A model generated the notes under the pieces. That model was not told the DNA's origin and made no database searches. It saw nothing but the letters and a program-made list of their open reading frames with translations. Below, piece after piece: positions 36,611-49,603 of a stretch of 64,000 nucleotides of DNA. The DNA lies in NCBI RefSeq assembly GCF_006345805.1, contig NW_021826031.1:558001-622000 (forward strand), given 5' to 3'. Position numbers and translations under genes: made by a program. Position 1 is the first letter of the stretch, and each line of letters starts with the position of its first letter. The stretch is from Octopus sinensis. Taxonomy: Eukaryota.

Positions 36611-37830
36611 CTATCCTTTCAGTCACTTTAGGTAGCATCTAACTTTGTTCTTGTTATCGTTTTTTATAAAATACACGATGTTACTCAGTCCACGTCTTAG
36701 CTGCCCATGAGATAAGTATAATGCCTGCTTATTGCTTGCCAATACGTGGAAGTAATTCTTTCGGAGTACTCTTCGGAAAATAAGGTCAATTTCATCGTAC
36801 TCACTCGGCTCGAAATCGATCAGGCCTACGTAGTAGTTTAGCAATGAGATCGTGTACTCGTTCAAGGCATGGAATAAATTCCCTACATTTAGGCGAGTTT
36901 TGTATAACATTTCTGCCATACTACGCAACCCTCCACTTTATACTTTCTCGTTTCAGTTGTGATTAATGAAGCTGGGCACTCAACCACGCCAAGATACTTA
37001 TACTCTTGGAGATCTTCAAGACTTTGACTAGGTCACCACACACAGGAGTGTCAGTCGTCAACTTGTATTTGAGCTCCAGACCCACGACCATCATATAACG
37101 TTCCAAGATTTTGCCCATCGAGTCTTTGCAGGCACTCCATAAAATTTCTGACCTCAGTAGCTACCACTTTAATCATCAACTGTTACATGTTGGGGATACA
37201 TGTTATCTACTTTAGGCATAAAATAAGTGACCCCATTACATAAACACTCTGAAATTGAGCCAGGGTCAGATGTAAACTGTTCGATTGTTCGACACATGTA
37301 ATCATTGATTGGTTTTCAATTTTATATAATGAAATTATACACCTTATGGTAGCCAACTATAACCCACACTCACTCCAACACAACCCATAAAGCGCAATAG
37401 TACTTGGGCCAAAATAAATCGCAATCTTCAATTAGCACAATAAGAAAAGTCAGTGCGAAGTCTGTAAGACAAAACTGACCGTCTCGTAAACTCGTTTAGG
37501 GTTACTTTACTGACCGTCCCAAGATATCTTTCGAGTCACTCTGCGGTCCGCAAAAGGGACAACACGATTCGCAGAGATATGCCTACTAAATATTTTCTTA
37601 ACTTGCAAAAGTAGCAATAATTCGCTACTCTGGTTTTCTTGTTGTTCAGAAAACGGGGGCATCCCGTCGGAGTAACCCCAGCGCCAGTACTCTTCCGCAA
37701 GCCAGGAAGAGGCGTCTTGGCAACCTTCTTCACTGCATTCAACAATAAGTTGAGCTAAAGCGTCGATTGAAGCACTGAAGCAGGGTAGGCTACCGATTCC
37801 TGACCATCTGGAAGCTCTTTCCAACGATTG
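36610..37830 (-). mobile_element. Internally deleted R4/Dong-like retrotransposon, relative of 54050-59875
   Basis: N-terminal LPCFSASIDALA...SRHISANRVVP and KTRLNVGNLFHALNEYTISLLNYYVG match the full copy. Confidence 0.75.
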
Positions 37831-38107
37831 GAAAACTTTTTGGTGACAGGAAAATTGCACTGGCAGGGATTACATATTTCATCAGTTGAACAAATTGTTC
37901 GAGCGTGTTCTAAGAAAAAATTTTTATTACTCAATAAAATATAGATTCAAATCAGCTAAAAATAATATATTGCGTAGTATTTTTTTCAAATTAATGAAAT
38001 TTGTGAAATTTTTTGGAATTGGATTAGGAAATTTTTTTTTTTTTAGAACGAGACTTTTTTTCAAAATGGGGAATAAGTTATACACGAATTAATAAAGAGC
38101 CTGGAGG

Positions 38108-38455
38108 TCAGCTCAAAGTCGCCGCACTGCGTATCGAGTGGCAGTTTCCGCAGAGCACTGCGACCGAGATTCGCTGGAAGAGCCAGCTCGTCTCCCTCCG
38201 GTCGTTGGTCTTCTTGGCAATTCTCCTGGCAATGTCGGCAAGAAGGCGAGTTGCAGACCTGCCGACAATTCCAGATGTTTCGAAGGCGAGGGGGACAAAC
38301 TCGTAAGAGTCCGAAATATTTTTATACTTCGACCTCTTAGCCTCTTCAGCCTGAGCACTGGCAGAACCCGGGTTAGTGATGGACTTTAGTAACACCGACG
38401 CGGAGAACGAGTCAACACAAGTTGCGTCCCAAATCAGGGACTTGCCTTCCCAAAA
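38108..38455 (-). mobile_element. CRE-like 3' (RLE) fragment
   Basis: GKSLIWDATCVDS...AEEAKRSKY...FVPLAFETSG...RETSWLFQRISVAVLCGN. Confidence 0.8.
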
Positions 38456-38494
38456 TTGGAAAATTATAATATAATTTCGATAATTAAATGATCA

Positions 38495-40841
38495 TTGCAT
38501 TTTTATATCAAAAAGCTAATGGCGCACGACGTCGGTTCTGCGGTCCGCATTCTTTCATCTTCCGATTCCGTCCGCACCATTACTCCGGATGTAGTCAAAA
38601 TTCTCAGCTCTAAGCACCCGACTGGCAATGTGTCTAATTTTTGTGCCCAAACTCCAGAGGGGGTCTCGATTGCTTCTTCGTCTGTCCAGCAACTTTTGTT
38701 TGCCTTGAAATCTTTCAGAGGCAATAGTAGTGGTGGTGTTGACGGTCTCCGTCCCATTCACTTAATCGACCTCATTTCCGATACTGCCGAGGCCGGAAAC
38801 TGTCTTTCACATTCTATCACCAAGCTATGTAACTTATTCCTCTGCGGGGATATATCTGAACATGCTAGATTGCTTTTCTTCTCTGCGAACCTGACAGCAT
38901 TGGAGAAAAAAGACGCCGGCATCAGGCCTATTGCCGTCGGAAACGTTTTCCGCCGTTTGTTTGCAAAAGTCGGGTGCAAACTGGTAATTCCGTCTATTAG
39001 TGACGAACTCCAGCCCATTCAGTCGGGCGTTGGCGTGCCTGGCGGCTGCGAGACCTCGGTCCACGCATCCCGGTGTTTTATTGATTCGACTCACCTCTCT
39101 GAAAAGCCCCGGCTACTGCTAAAATTGGATGTTAAAAATGCGTTCAATTCTCTCAACAGAGAGCATCTACTTGAGGTTTGTAAAGATAGAATTCCTTCAT
39201 TGCTGCCATTTGTTTTTCTTTCATATGGATACCCGAGCCTTTTGGCTGCAGGTGATTCCTTTATTTCCTCTTCTTGTGGTGTACAGCAAGGCGATCCTTT
39301 GGGCCCATTATTATTTGCCCTTTCCGTGGATTTTATTGCCCGTAAGAATTTGTCGCCTCTGAATATTTGGTATTTGGATAACTGTACTATGGGTGGTCCG
39401 CCCGATATTTTGATAAAGGACTTGGAATCTCTAATCCCAGCTTTGTCATCCATTGGTCTCAAAATTAATTCTCTCAAATCTGAAATCGTAAATGTTAACA
39501 TCGATCGTGTTAGTTTTCAAAACATTTTTTCTCAGTTTCGAGGCCTTTTGCCCGATCTGAGACATACTTCCACTGCCGATCTCGAAATCTTGGGTGGTCC
39601 AATCTACGACCAATCCGCCATCCGTATTCTTAATTCCAAGAAGAATTCCCTTTCTTCCCTTTGTGATAAACTTGCAGATATTGATCCCCACTGCTTTTAT
39701 TTCATTCTCAAAAATATCTTCTGATCCCGAAAATCAATTATGTCCTAAGGAGTTCCCGCTGCTTTTCTATTCCTATTGCCTTGGATTCTTTCGACGCTCT
39801 GGTGCGTTCTTCCGCTGAGAAGATTTTTAATGTCAAGTTTGATGACGTTGGTTGGTGTCAGGCCAAACTTCCTGTATCCTTTGGCGGTCTGGGGCTTCGC
39901 TCCGCGCTCGACCTTTCTCTTCCCGCTTTCCTTTCATCTTCTTCAGGATTGTATCTTCTTGTCCATAAGATTCTTGAAAAATCACCCGAATCAACTTTGG
40001 ACTCTGATATCAATTCTGCGCTCTTGCTTTGGAAAGAAAAGGATTTCGTCTTACCGTCAGAACGATCTCTCCAACGTGAATGGGACAAAATTATTTGTGA
40101 ATATTACGTTGACTCGTTGGAGCGTCTCTTGGACCAGCACAGACTAGCTTGCTTCCGTGCCAGTCGCCAACCGTATTCTGGCTCCTGGCTTAACTGCTTT
40201 CCCACGACCCATTTGGATACCTGCCTCGACTCTGATGCCCTCCGTTTTGGAATATGCCTTCGTCTCGGACTACCGATTTGTATCCCCACCCATGCCGGTG
40301 TGGATCAACGATGGACACATACGGGCTCCATGCCCTTTCCTGCAAGAAAAGCGCAGGTCGCATACTCGTCATTCGGCTCTTAACAAGATCATTCTCCATG
40401 CCCTCGAAAAGGCAGGTATCCTTCTGTCCTTGAGCCAATTGGTCTTGACCGTGGTGATGGAAAAAGCCTGATGGCTCGACGTTGTTCGCTTTCGACGCTG
40501 GTAAACCACTAGTTTGGGATGCACGGTGTTGATTCCTTCTCTAAGTCGGCCATCAACGAATCCGCCTCTCTGCCCGGGTCCCGTGCTAATAGGGCTGAAT
40601 ATACAAAATCCGAAAAATACCAGGGCTTGTTAGACGGCTTTTGGTTTTGGCCCATTGTGTTGAGACTTCGTGCGTCTTTGGCACAAAGACAGTTGATCAT
40701 CTGAAGAAACTTGGCCACCTCTGTTCTTTACGCTCCAAGGATCCTAGGGAATTTACATTCCTAATCCAAAGGATCCTGTTGACCGTTGTGCGTGGGAACA
40801 GCTGTTCCATCCGGCTTGCTGGCCGATTAATTTCTGATTAA
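38495..40841 (+). mobile_element. CRE-like retrotransposon, 5'-truncated, RT + RLE
   Basis: 409-aa ORF with GVDGLRP, IRPIAVGNVFRRL, KLDVKNAFN, GVQQGDPLGPLLF, WYLDN; downstream LPVSFGGLG, GSWL, knuckle and RLE motifs with frameshifts. Confidence 0.9.
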
Positions 40842-41879
40842 TTTAACTTTCCATATTTTTAATAAATTAACACTTTGTGAAAAAAAAGCTAATAAAAATG
40901 AATAAATTATATTTTTAATTTGAACTGCAATAATATGTTGATTAGAATAAATTTTTTCAAATTTGATGATCTATCTAAGCAGCAAAATTTGTTATCTAAA
41001 TTTCTAAACTTGAGTGACTTTAAAGTTTATTTGTCTTAAAAATCTCTCAGAAAAAACCAGTCACTTACTTATCCCGTTCGAGGGACAGTTTCCGTTTGAA
41101 AAGTCCAGAAGACCGTCTAATCTAGGAACTGATCACCTCAGAATTTTACAAAACAAATACATATCGATTTTTCACGAATAAAAAATGGGAGCCAGTGAGA
41201 TATGAAATGTTTGGCTGACTCCTTTTTCACTCGCACTATAAAGTACTCAGTGCAGTATACTCTTTACAGGCAATATGAGCCTAAATTGACCGATAGAAAT
41301 ATAAATGATGTCATTGAGAGGATACTTTGTCAGTTTTACTTTTAGAATATTACAGAAAATAAAATTTCTGTTTATCTTGACTTGATCTAAGAAATATTTG
41401 ACCTAGAGAAAAGCGAGCAAGTCCACAAAGAACACTTTGATATTTCAATTACCTTATTTTACTCTCAAGCTGAGTATCAGATAGCACGGAATAATCACAG
41501 AAATTTATTTAGGTTTCATCGTGTAAAGACTGGTATAAAATAGGTTCGTTCTGGCTCACAATCGATGCAACATGTTTTATCAACTCAGAGGTATTTGAGA
41601 ATGGAATATTTGCAAGAGTTTTAAATGTCGTCAAAAAAGAAAAAGATTAGAGTTCATGATTGGGAACCCACATTTTGGTGGTTTTCACGTTGTCTGAAAG
41701 CAACCTTCCTAATAACTTTGATTGCCGTACATTTGGTGGTGTAATGTATCTGAATCAAATGTACTGTTTTCCCTATTAAAGACCAGGCCATCTGTAAATC
41801 ATTTTAAAACTTTTAGTACTACTGAGTGTTTGAGTCACATTATTACATTATGACTAATTGGTTTGTTCAGTTTTCAGAA

Positions 41880-42530
41880 CAATACGGGATTCGTTGCATA
41901 GGGATTGCAAACTACTTCCGTCTTCTGACTGCTAAATTGGCAGTGAGGAGTGTATGCCTCCGCCTCAGCTCCGAATTTGCTCCTCATAACTCAGGGTGGG
42001 TGGAGATCGCCAACGGTTTCGAGGCCTCAGTTTCGAGGCTTCCAGAAGTCTTTTCTTCTCTAGCTCAGGACTCAACTTCCTCTACGCAGCCGTAAAGTTC
42101 AATTTACGCAACACTTTTAATAGCACAAGGAGAAATTATATCCTTGAGGCTTGCCTTAAAAGGGTTCCAGAGATCGCCCAGTTGGTCTCCTCACCTACGA
42201 CGAAGAAAGTTGTTCATTTTCGGGAATTAAGTCGTCGGTTCCCGGACAGGAGTTCAGTAGGGTGACCCACTCGGGCCTCTCCTTTTCGCTCTTGCAATCG
42301 ATGATGCCGTACACTCCCTAAACTCTTTTTTTAGGATCCATTGAGTCTATTTTCCGGGACCTCTCAATCTTGCCCTTGCCCTCCGCCACTTCAAGCTATA
42401 AGTAAATGAAGGAAAATGCCATCTTTTGAATATCAACTATTCTCTGGCAAATTTTCTCGATCTGAAAAAATCAATAACCGATCTTAACTCTCTAAAGCTT
42501 AAGCGGGTTGAGGAGCAACTTAATAAATAA
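41880..42530 (+). mobile_element. Degraded CRE-like RT fragment
   Basis: GIRCIGIANYFRLLTAK, VKFNLRNTFNS, GDPLGPLLFAL. Confidence 0.65.
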
Positions 42531-42536
42531 AAGTTA

Positions 42537-43417
42537 GGCGGAACATAACTATAACCACTTTGGGAAAAACCGACTTTTTTCAAAATTAAGAAATTTCTAT
42601 TATGAATTGAATAGATACAAAATTTCTAAAGTAATTGCGCTTTGTGCTTTCTGTCAGGTAATAACTCCTTTCTGTAAATATTCTCAGTCGAAAAAAATTA
42701 TTGTCTACAAAGCTCCTAATTACGCCAACCATTGCAAGAAGACACCAGGAGAAGACACCAGGAGAAATACATTGCGGATTTAATTGACCTCAAAAGATAT
42801 TCGGCGATAAATGATGGCTTTAGCTGGGTATGAATTTGATGTTACCAAAATTTATTTTGGTAATTGTGAAATTCTTTTTCAAAATATGTAATGCTTGAAC
42901 TGTCGGTGACCAAACCGTCTGCAGAAATCACAGATTTATTCTTAAGAATTTTGGATTAAGGACCCTCGCGAACTACCACGGTCGGAAATGGAGTCAGTTA
43001 CGTTCTTACAGGAGGTCGGAATCATACCAATGGAAAAGAAATGCGAAAAAAGACATTTCATGGCCCTTCAGCGGGATAATACCACATGGGTGTGCAATAA
43101 AAGCGAGTGCCGAACTTATAGTTCTGTCAGAAACCTTACAGTCAATCACAGGCGGAATTTTGTAGACCCGAGGACCGGTGCACATACTCAGACTGTGGAG
43201 AGAATGTGGGGGAGCGCAAAATGGCGCAATAAAAGACACAGAGGAACCGCACGACACTACATGGGTGAATACTTTGCTGGTATGGTATACTCCGATTTAA
43301 TGTGTAGAATTTTTATGGAGAAGGCAAGTGAGCCATTTGGACAACGCTTTCGACGAATTATTAGACGCAATCGTTGGATATCGCCCACCGAACGTCACAC
43401 TACGTCGAAACAACTGA
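42537..43417 (+). mobile_element. Merlin (IS1016/ISXO2-like) transposon, internally deleted, with a 28-nt intron
   Basis: N-terminal zinc finger remnant joined to VNHRRNFVDPRTGAHTQTVERMW. Removing GT-AG 43280-43307 gives YFA-E-FLWRR...FDELLDAI. Left end GGCGGAAC is tentative. Confidence 0.75.
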
Positions 43418-43490
43418 ACTTTTTTGACTTTAATAACTTTTTTACTTTGTCGGTATAGTCTTAACACCATTAAGACGTTAAGAATTCAAA

Positions 43491-43557
43491 ATCGTCATGT
43501 GTTCACCTTCTCGTGGAGACGATGGGATGCTGATTTCACATCAGCAACAAACAGAAC
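43491..43557 (+). ncRNA. Candidate HDV-like self-cleaving ribozyme at the LINE 5' end
   Basis: P1 ATCGTC/GACGAT, P2 GTTC/GAAC, P3-L3 ACC TTCTCGT GGA, GG after P1, P4 TGCTGAT/ATCAGCA, then A-C-AAA. P2 is short and P3 has one mismatch. Confidence 0.45.
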
Positions 43558-43629
43558 CAACTTTTCCCCCTTGCCAACCAACCTGTCAAACGGTTGGTTG
43601 GTGTGGCTACGGGACGAGCGCCAAGCTTA

Positions 43630-43685
43630 CGTTCCCTGACTCTATTGTTGATTCGGTGTGGAGATGTGGAACAAAACCTGGACCT
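43630..43685 (+). other. 2A-like (StopGo) peptide motif, one base short
   Basis: CTA TTG TTG ATT CGG TGT GGA GAT GTG GAA CAA AAC CT GGA CCT reads LLLIRCGDVEQN-(P)GP if one C is restored, and that puts it in frame with the APE start. Confidence 0.6.
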
Positions 43686-46600
43686 GAGCCAATTAGAACA
43701 CTAACCATCCTTCAATTGAACATCAACGGGATTTCCAGAAATGCAATGGACCTACGCTACTTTCTAACACACGAACTCTATTGATATAGCTCTTATTCAA
43801 GAGACCAAACTTACTCCAAAATCCCAAAACCCCCCGTTTTAAGGGATATTCCACCATTCGTCGTGACCGCCAGTCTGGAAAGCCTGGCGGTGGTCTCATT
43901 ACTCTCATTCACGAGGCCATTCCCTTGCAGATTCAACTGCCAACATTGAATCTCTCTTAACTAATGATCGATTTACCGAAATTTCATCTATTCAAATTAA
44001 CATTAACAAGATATGTTACTCTGTTGTTAACACATATATCCCCCCGATTTCGTCATGTGCTCCCAATTATACACCGAACTTACTGCCTCTTTTTCAATTG
44101 AAAACTGTATTCTATGTGGCGACTTCAACGCCCACCATCCTCTCTGGTTATCCACAAACAAAACTGACAAACGTGGCCAGCAAATCACAACGGATGCGGA
44201 AGAATTGATCACTCTAAACAACCCTCTTCTACACACCCGCTGTGCAATGCGACCTGGAGATTCAAACACTTCTCCTGACATTACCTTATGTTCCCCAAAC
44301 ATCGCCCTCGACGCCAAATGGACAGTTCTGTACGACCTACCAACGGACCACAATCCTATTCTAATCAAAATAAACCATCACCCTGTAAAGAAGAGAATAC
44401 GAAGACCTACATTAACTACAAACGTGGGAAATGGGACTCGTTCAGGAGTGAAACTGAACGTATATTCAGTAATTTTTCTTGCTCCTCCATTCAATCATTT
44501 GACGCGCTGCCGTTGCTTCTTTTACTAGTACATCTTTCTGCGGACAAAAAATTTATTCCCCGCGGCTTCATCCGAAATCACGGCCTCCATTTCCCCCACC
44601 TATCATTGAACTATTCAAAAAACGAAGGAGGATCAAATCGACGACTTCTATCAATGGAAATGGAGAATCTCTAGCAGAAATCAACAAACAAATGACGAAT
44701 TAATCAAGAAAGAAAAATAAAACTGGAATGATGATTATCACTTCAATAACCCCAAATACTGGATCCCGTGCTTTCTGGAGAACCCTCAAGAAAATTCACA
44801 CGAGGCAAACATGTCCCCTCTCACATGCCACCGGTATCTCGACCAAAAATCTGTCCTATCTTTCCAGGATCAAGCCAACATCTTAATTCGCCATTATGCA
44901 AAAATCAGTCACCTTCCTACCCCAAAGGATCTCCGTTTCGTAAGAAAATCACATTATAAGTCAAATGACAATTCTACTGACTATATTAACATCCCAGAAT
45001 CACTTACCAGGCAACTTGTGTTAACTCGCGGAATTCTAACGCCAGAGGTCCTGATGGCCTTGCCATCCACCACCTAAAAAATCTGGGTCCTAATGGCTTT
45101 CTGGCTCTGACCAATTTAATCGAATACTCGATCAACCACGGTCTGGTTCCTATGCTTTGGAAGAAATCTACCATCATCCCTATCCCAAAGCCAAATCGTG
45201 ATACCTCTGACCCCTCCTCTTTTCGACCTATCTCTTTGATCTCAGTGGTTTCAAAAATAACAGAGCGAGTTGTATTGAGCATCATAAAACCTTTCCTCCC
45301 ACTTGCTGAATCTCAACATGGCTTCGTTCTTTGCATTCCACTTCCACCCATCTTTCAAAACTGACACAATTCATTGCGGATGGGTTTAACAATCATAAGC
45401 CACCTCAAAGAACAATTATTGCATCCATCGACATTGAAAAGGCATTTGACAGAACGTCAAGACACGTTCTGTGTAGGAAAATAACCGATACGGAATTCCC
45501 CCACCAAATAAAGTCATGGCTACTCTCTTTTCTCTCTGGGCGTCTTGGTCGCACCACAATCATGTCTTCTTACTCACGCTACAAATACTTGCCTAACGGA
45601 GTTCCCAAGGCTCGGTCCTTTCACCTGCCTTATTTAACTTACATCTGTCAAATATCCCGACGAACAATAATACTCTACTTCTCTCCTACGCTGATGACTT
45701 AATTTTTGCCTCCCGCCACCAAACATAATCACCGCTTCTGGATTTCTGCAGGAACACATGAACACTCTTCGTCCTGGCTGAAATGCAATCTTCTTCAACC
45801 TTCTCCTTCCAAATCATCTGTTACGCTATTCACAACTGACGCCGTCAGTTCAACTTAGAGCCTAAACTATTCCTAGACAACACTCCACTCCAGTTGAAAA
45901 ATCCCCCAAAATCTTGGGTCTGATATTTGATTGCTGTTTGTCCTTCTCGAAAATGTTTCATATATCTGTGGAAAATCCCAGAAAAAACTCAATGTGCTCC
46001 GAGCTATTGCGGGGACTTCATTTGGGCAGGATAAGGAAAGTCTAACAACTGTATACAAGCAGTTTATTAGAACAACTATGAACTACGCCATCCCTGCTTG
46101 GGGTTCCTGCTTATCTATTACAAACCTTGAAAAACTTCAGAGAACTCAAAACTCAGCATTACGAATTATTACCGGCTGTCTAAAAACGACACCTACCGAC
46201 CACCTACATTGGGAATCGAAAATCCTTCCAATCAGTGACCATTTTGAAATGCTCGGGCTGCAATTCTTGACAAATGCCGAACCTAAATCACCCTGGCTAC
46301 TTCCTCTGGCACTCCACTAACAACAGGAGAATAGTTCCGACCCTCGCGGACAAAGTCCGCAAGCTTATACGATCCCCTCCGGACATTAACCAGAAGGGGA
46401 TTCACGACCTGGTGGCTACGAGGGCAATCAGATGTCTTGGAATAAACAAGCTTCTGGGACGCCTTCCGCCGCCAATTAATAAGATCGAATCCTCCCTCTC
46501 AAGAGAAGCCCGAGTGAACTTGGCTCGCCTCCGCTGTGGCCACCATACTGGCCTACACGATTATCGCATAAAAATCGGTCTTGGTGAAATAACCCCTTCC

Positions 46601-47109
46601 TATTCCCTCAACGACCTTTTCTCCTGTCCAGGCCCGCCTTCTACTTCCTCGGAACACCGGATCACGATCGGGGATCTTGGGAGCGTCCGACATTGGCCCT
46701 AACGTTCTTGTTAGCCACCGGCTTCCTTCAATTGAAGGGGCGGGGGTAAAAAATATAAATAAATAAGAATTAAAAATTTTTTAAAAAAATTTAATAATAT
46801 TTATAAATTCGGCATTGTTCATTTTTTTTTAAATTTCATATTTTTAATCAAAAAAATTTTCCAAAATTAAGTTAGAGCCTTATTTCATGCAGCATGAAAT
46901 CTACAAGTACCAAAAGTTTTTCTGTATGTTCCGCAACATGTTCTCTACTGAATTCAATTCAATTCATGAAATCTTTTAAAATAAGCAATTTTTTAAAACC
47001 GTTCTGTTAATTCACAATCACTTTGAATCACTACGTGAATAACAGTAGGGCAAGTGAAAGCATTCTAATAAAAGCTAATATTTTATTTTAAATAATATTT
47101 TATTTTCCA

Positions 47110-47518
47110 CTCTCAACTCGAACCAGCTGGTCTTGATAGAGGGGATGGCAAACGCCCAGACGGCGTAACCATCTACCCGTACACGAGAGGGAAAGCACTT
47201 GTTTGGGATTTTACCTGCCCTGACACGTTTGGACCTTCTTCATTCGGAAGTTCGGCATCCTTTCCTGGGTCTGCTGCAAAACGTTCTGAAGAGTTGAAGA
47301 AAAAGAAATACTCTTTCCTGGCAGACAGATATCTTTTCCAGCCGATCGCTGTGGAGACTTCCGGAGTCTTTGGATCAGAGAGTTTTTCGTTCATTCGAAG
47401 ATTGGGTGGTCTAATCACCAAAAAAACAGGTGATCCGGGGGAGACGTCGTGGCTCTTCCAGAGGATTTCGTGTGCAATTGTCCGCGGAAATTCACACGCT
47501 ATCCTAGGGTCATTCTAA
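47110..47518 (+). mobile_element. CRE-like 3' (RLE) fragment
   Basis: GDGKRPDG, LVWDFTC, KKKKY, FQPIAVETSG, ETSWLFQRISCAIVRGN. Confidence 0.8.
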
Positions 47519-49603
47519 AATAATTGATTAAAACAATTTTGACATGTTAAAAAATTAATTTTTCTAAAAATAAAAAAATAACTCATTGCTTAGACCAGGC
47601 ATTCTCAACTTTTTTTTGTTCATCACCCCCTAAGATATTTTATCTTCTCCTTGTCCACATACAATTTAAAAATTTTTGTGCATTGTCCCTTAATTGGTTG
47701 TTTTTTGTATATAACTTAAAAATCAAAATATAAACAATAAATCAATTGAAAAATTGAATTTGTATTAAAAATTATTTGTGAGACTCTTGATATTGATTTT
47801 TACTTGCTACATATTTAATATCGGGTTTAATTCTGCTCAACTTCAGGCGTATATCCCCTCTATAATACACTTTCAGTCTATTTCTTTCACAATGTGTGTT
47901 ATGAGTGACAAAACTAAATCCACTTTCAACTAAATAAGTGTTAAGGAATCTCAATACAGTGAATCCTCGCAAATTGGCCATTTTTGGTACATAGAGATTT
48001 TATGGCCAATTTGAGAAAATGGCCAATTTGAAAAAAATCAATATTTAAAAAATAAAATAAACACGTTTAAATTTTATTAAAATAAAATTCAATCCCTAAT
48101 TCCTTTTTATTTGCTCTTTTTACATTTTCTTGTATTTTCTTATTGCAGTAATCAGCGAAACATCATTCTCATTTTCTGCATTACAGTAAAGTTGCCTTTC
48201 TATTCTAGTTAATGTCTTTGCAATATCTTTTCTATCGAGTGGATATATTTTTGTCTCTTCGTCGCTAATTTCAGACTCTTGATCCTCTTGTAAACAATTT
48301 TCGTTTATATCTTGATCTTCTGTGTTTTCGATATTTAGAAAATCTTCGCTCATTAGAGGATCGAAAATGTCAGTTCTTTCAATTTCAGTCTCATAATGTT
48401 CAATTAATGTATTTTCGTGATTAGATTCATTTAAAATCTTAAAACAATTTGAATAGTTTCAGTAGATACGTCATCCCAAGCCATATTAACAAACAAAATT
48501 GCATCTTTTAATGTCAATTTTTTGTATGAATTGTATACAGAAATATTTTCAGTCCAGCAAATCAGTTAAGTACTGTAGCTTTCTTCTCATGAAATGAGTC
48601 TTGAAGGTTTTTATAATTCCAATATCCATTGGTTGTAGTAATCCAGTAGAATTTTTAGGAAAAAATAAAATCTTAATACAATCCAAGTTTTGAGAATAGA
48701 ATGTGCAGGACAGTGGTCTATTAGCAATAAAATTTCTTCTTTTTAATTTAAGCTGGAGATCAAGCTAATAATCCAATCAAAAAAATAGATCCAGTCATCC
48801 AAGCTTTCTGTGAGCTATAATATGAGACAAGACATCCATAGTCAAAATTTTTAAAACATCTAGGCATTTTTGGTTTCCAATCATCACAGGTTTCAATTTA
48901 TGACTTCCGGTCATGTTTGAACAAAGAAGCATAATAGACACACGGTCTTTAAAATTTTTGTATCCTTGGAATCGGTTTCTGCATACGCTTTTCGATGGAA
49001 TAAGCTTGTAGTATAATGTAGTTTCATCCAAATTATAAATTAGATCAGGCTTATACGATTTAGAAATTTCTTTAAATTCTTCACGAAAAGAATTAATGTC
49101 ATTACTACTTTATCTGTTCGCATCTCTCCATGTAATTTTAGCATTCTAAAACGTGTCTCTTTTTGAATTTTGCCAGAAATCCATTAGAATTTTTAAAGTT
49201 ACTAAGTTGTAGCTCTTTGGCAAAATGCGCAGCCTTACACGATATTAAGGAATCATTCAAAAAACCACCTAAAAATTGGTTTTCAATTAATACCTTTAGA
49301 CTCTATTGTATCCATCCATCGATCAATTTTTCTTCAAGCGTAGGAAATTTTGGTTTGTGAGCAGCTTTATACGAATTTTTAGATTTTCGAATCCCGTAAA
49401 ATAGAGTCTTTATTAAGCAGTAGATTATTGATCGTCTTTCTCGAGATCGTCTTGTGGAATAAATGTGAGAATCTGTCAGCCAGAAGCTGACACGAAACAC
49501 TGTCATTTTCTTCCTTGTAGTTTATAATTTGTGTTTTTTCAAGAAAAGTGAGCCGAGTATAACGTCCACGAGAAATTTTATAAGACATGTGATTAAAAAA
49601 ATA

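Larger units (their letters stand above)
43491..46763 (+). mobile_element. Near full-length Ingi/Vingi-like LINE (2A-like N-terminus, APE, RT; no ORF1 or RNase H seen)
   Basis: LQLNING, IQETK, GDFNAHH, DHNPI; RT RPISL, KAFD, GVPQG, YADD; LARLRCGH; (TAAA) tail; possible TSD TAAGAATT (43479-43486, 46764-46771). Many single-base homopolymer deletions relative to the 27-29 kb copy. Confidence 0.9.

Noticed and set aside
36180-38455. Composite transposon bounded by inverted CRE fragments
   Set aside because: The two fragments are diverged and have different extents, with no TSD around the unit; independent insertions are simpler.
46905-46935. Right TIR of the 42.5-kb Merlin (TATGTTCCGC)
   Set aside because: Only about a 10-nt match and no 8-bp TSD; unproven.
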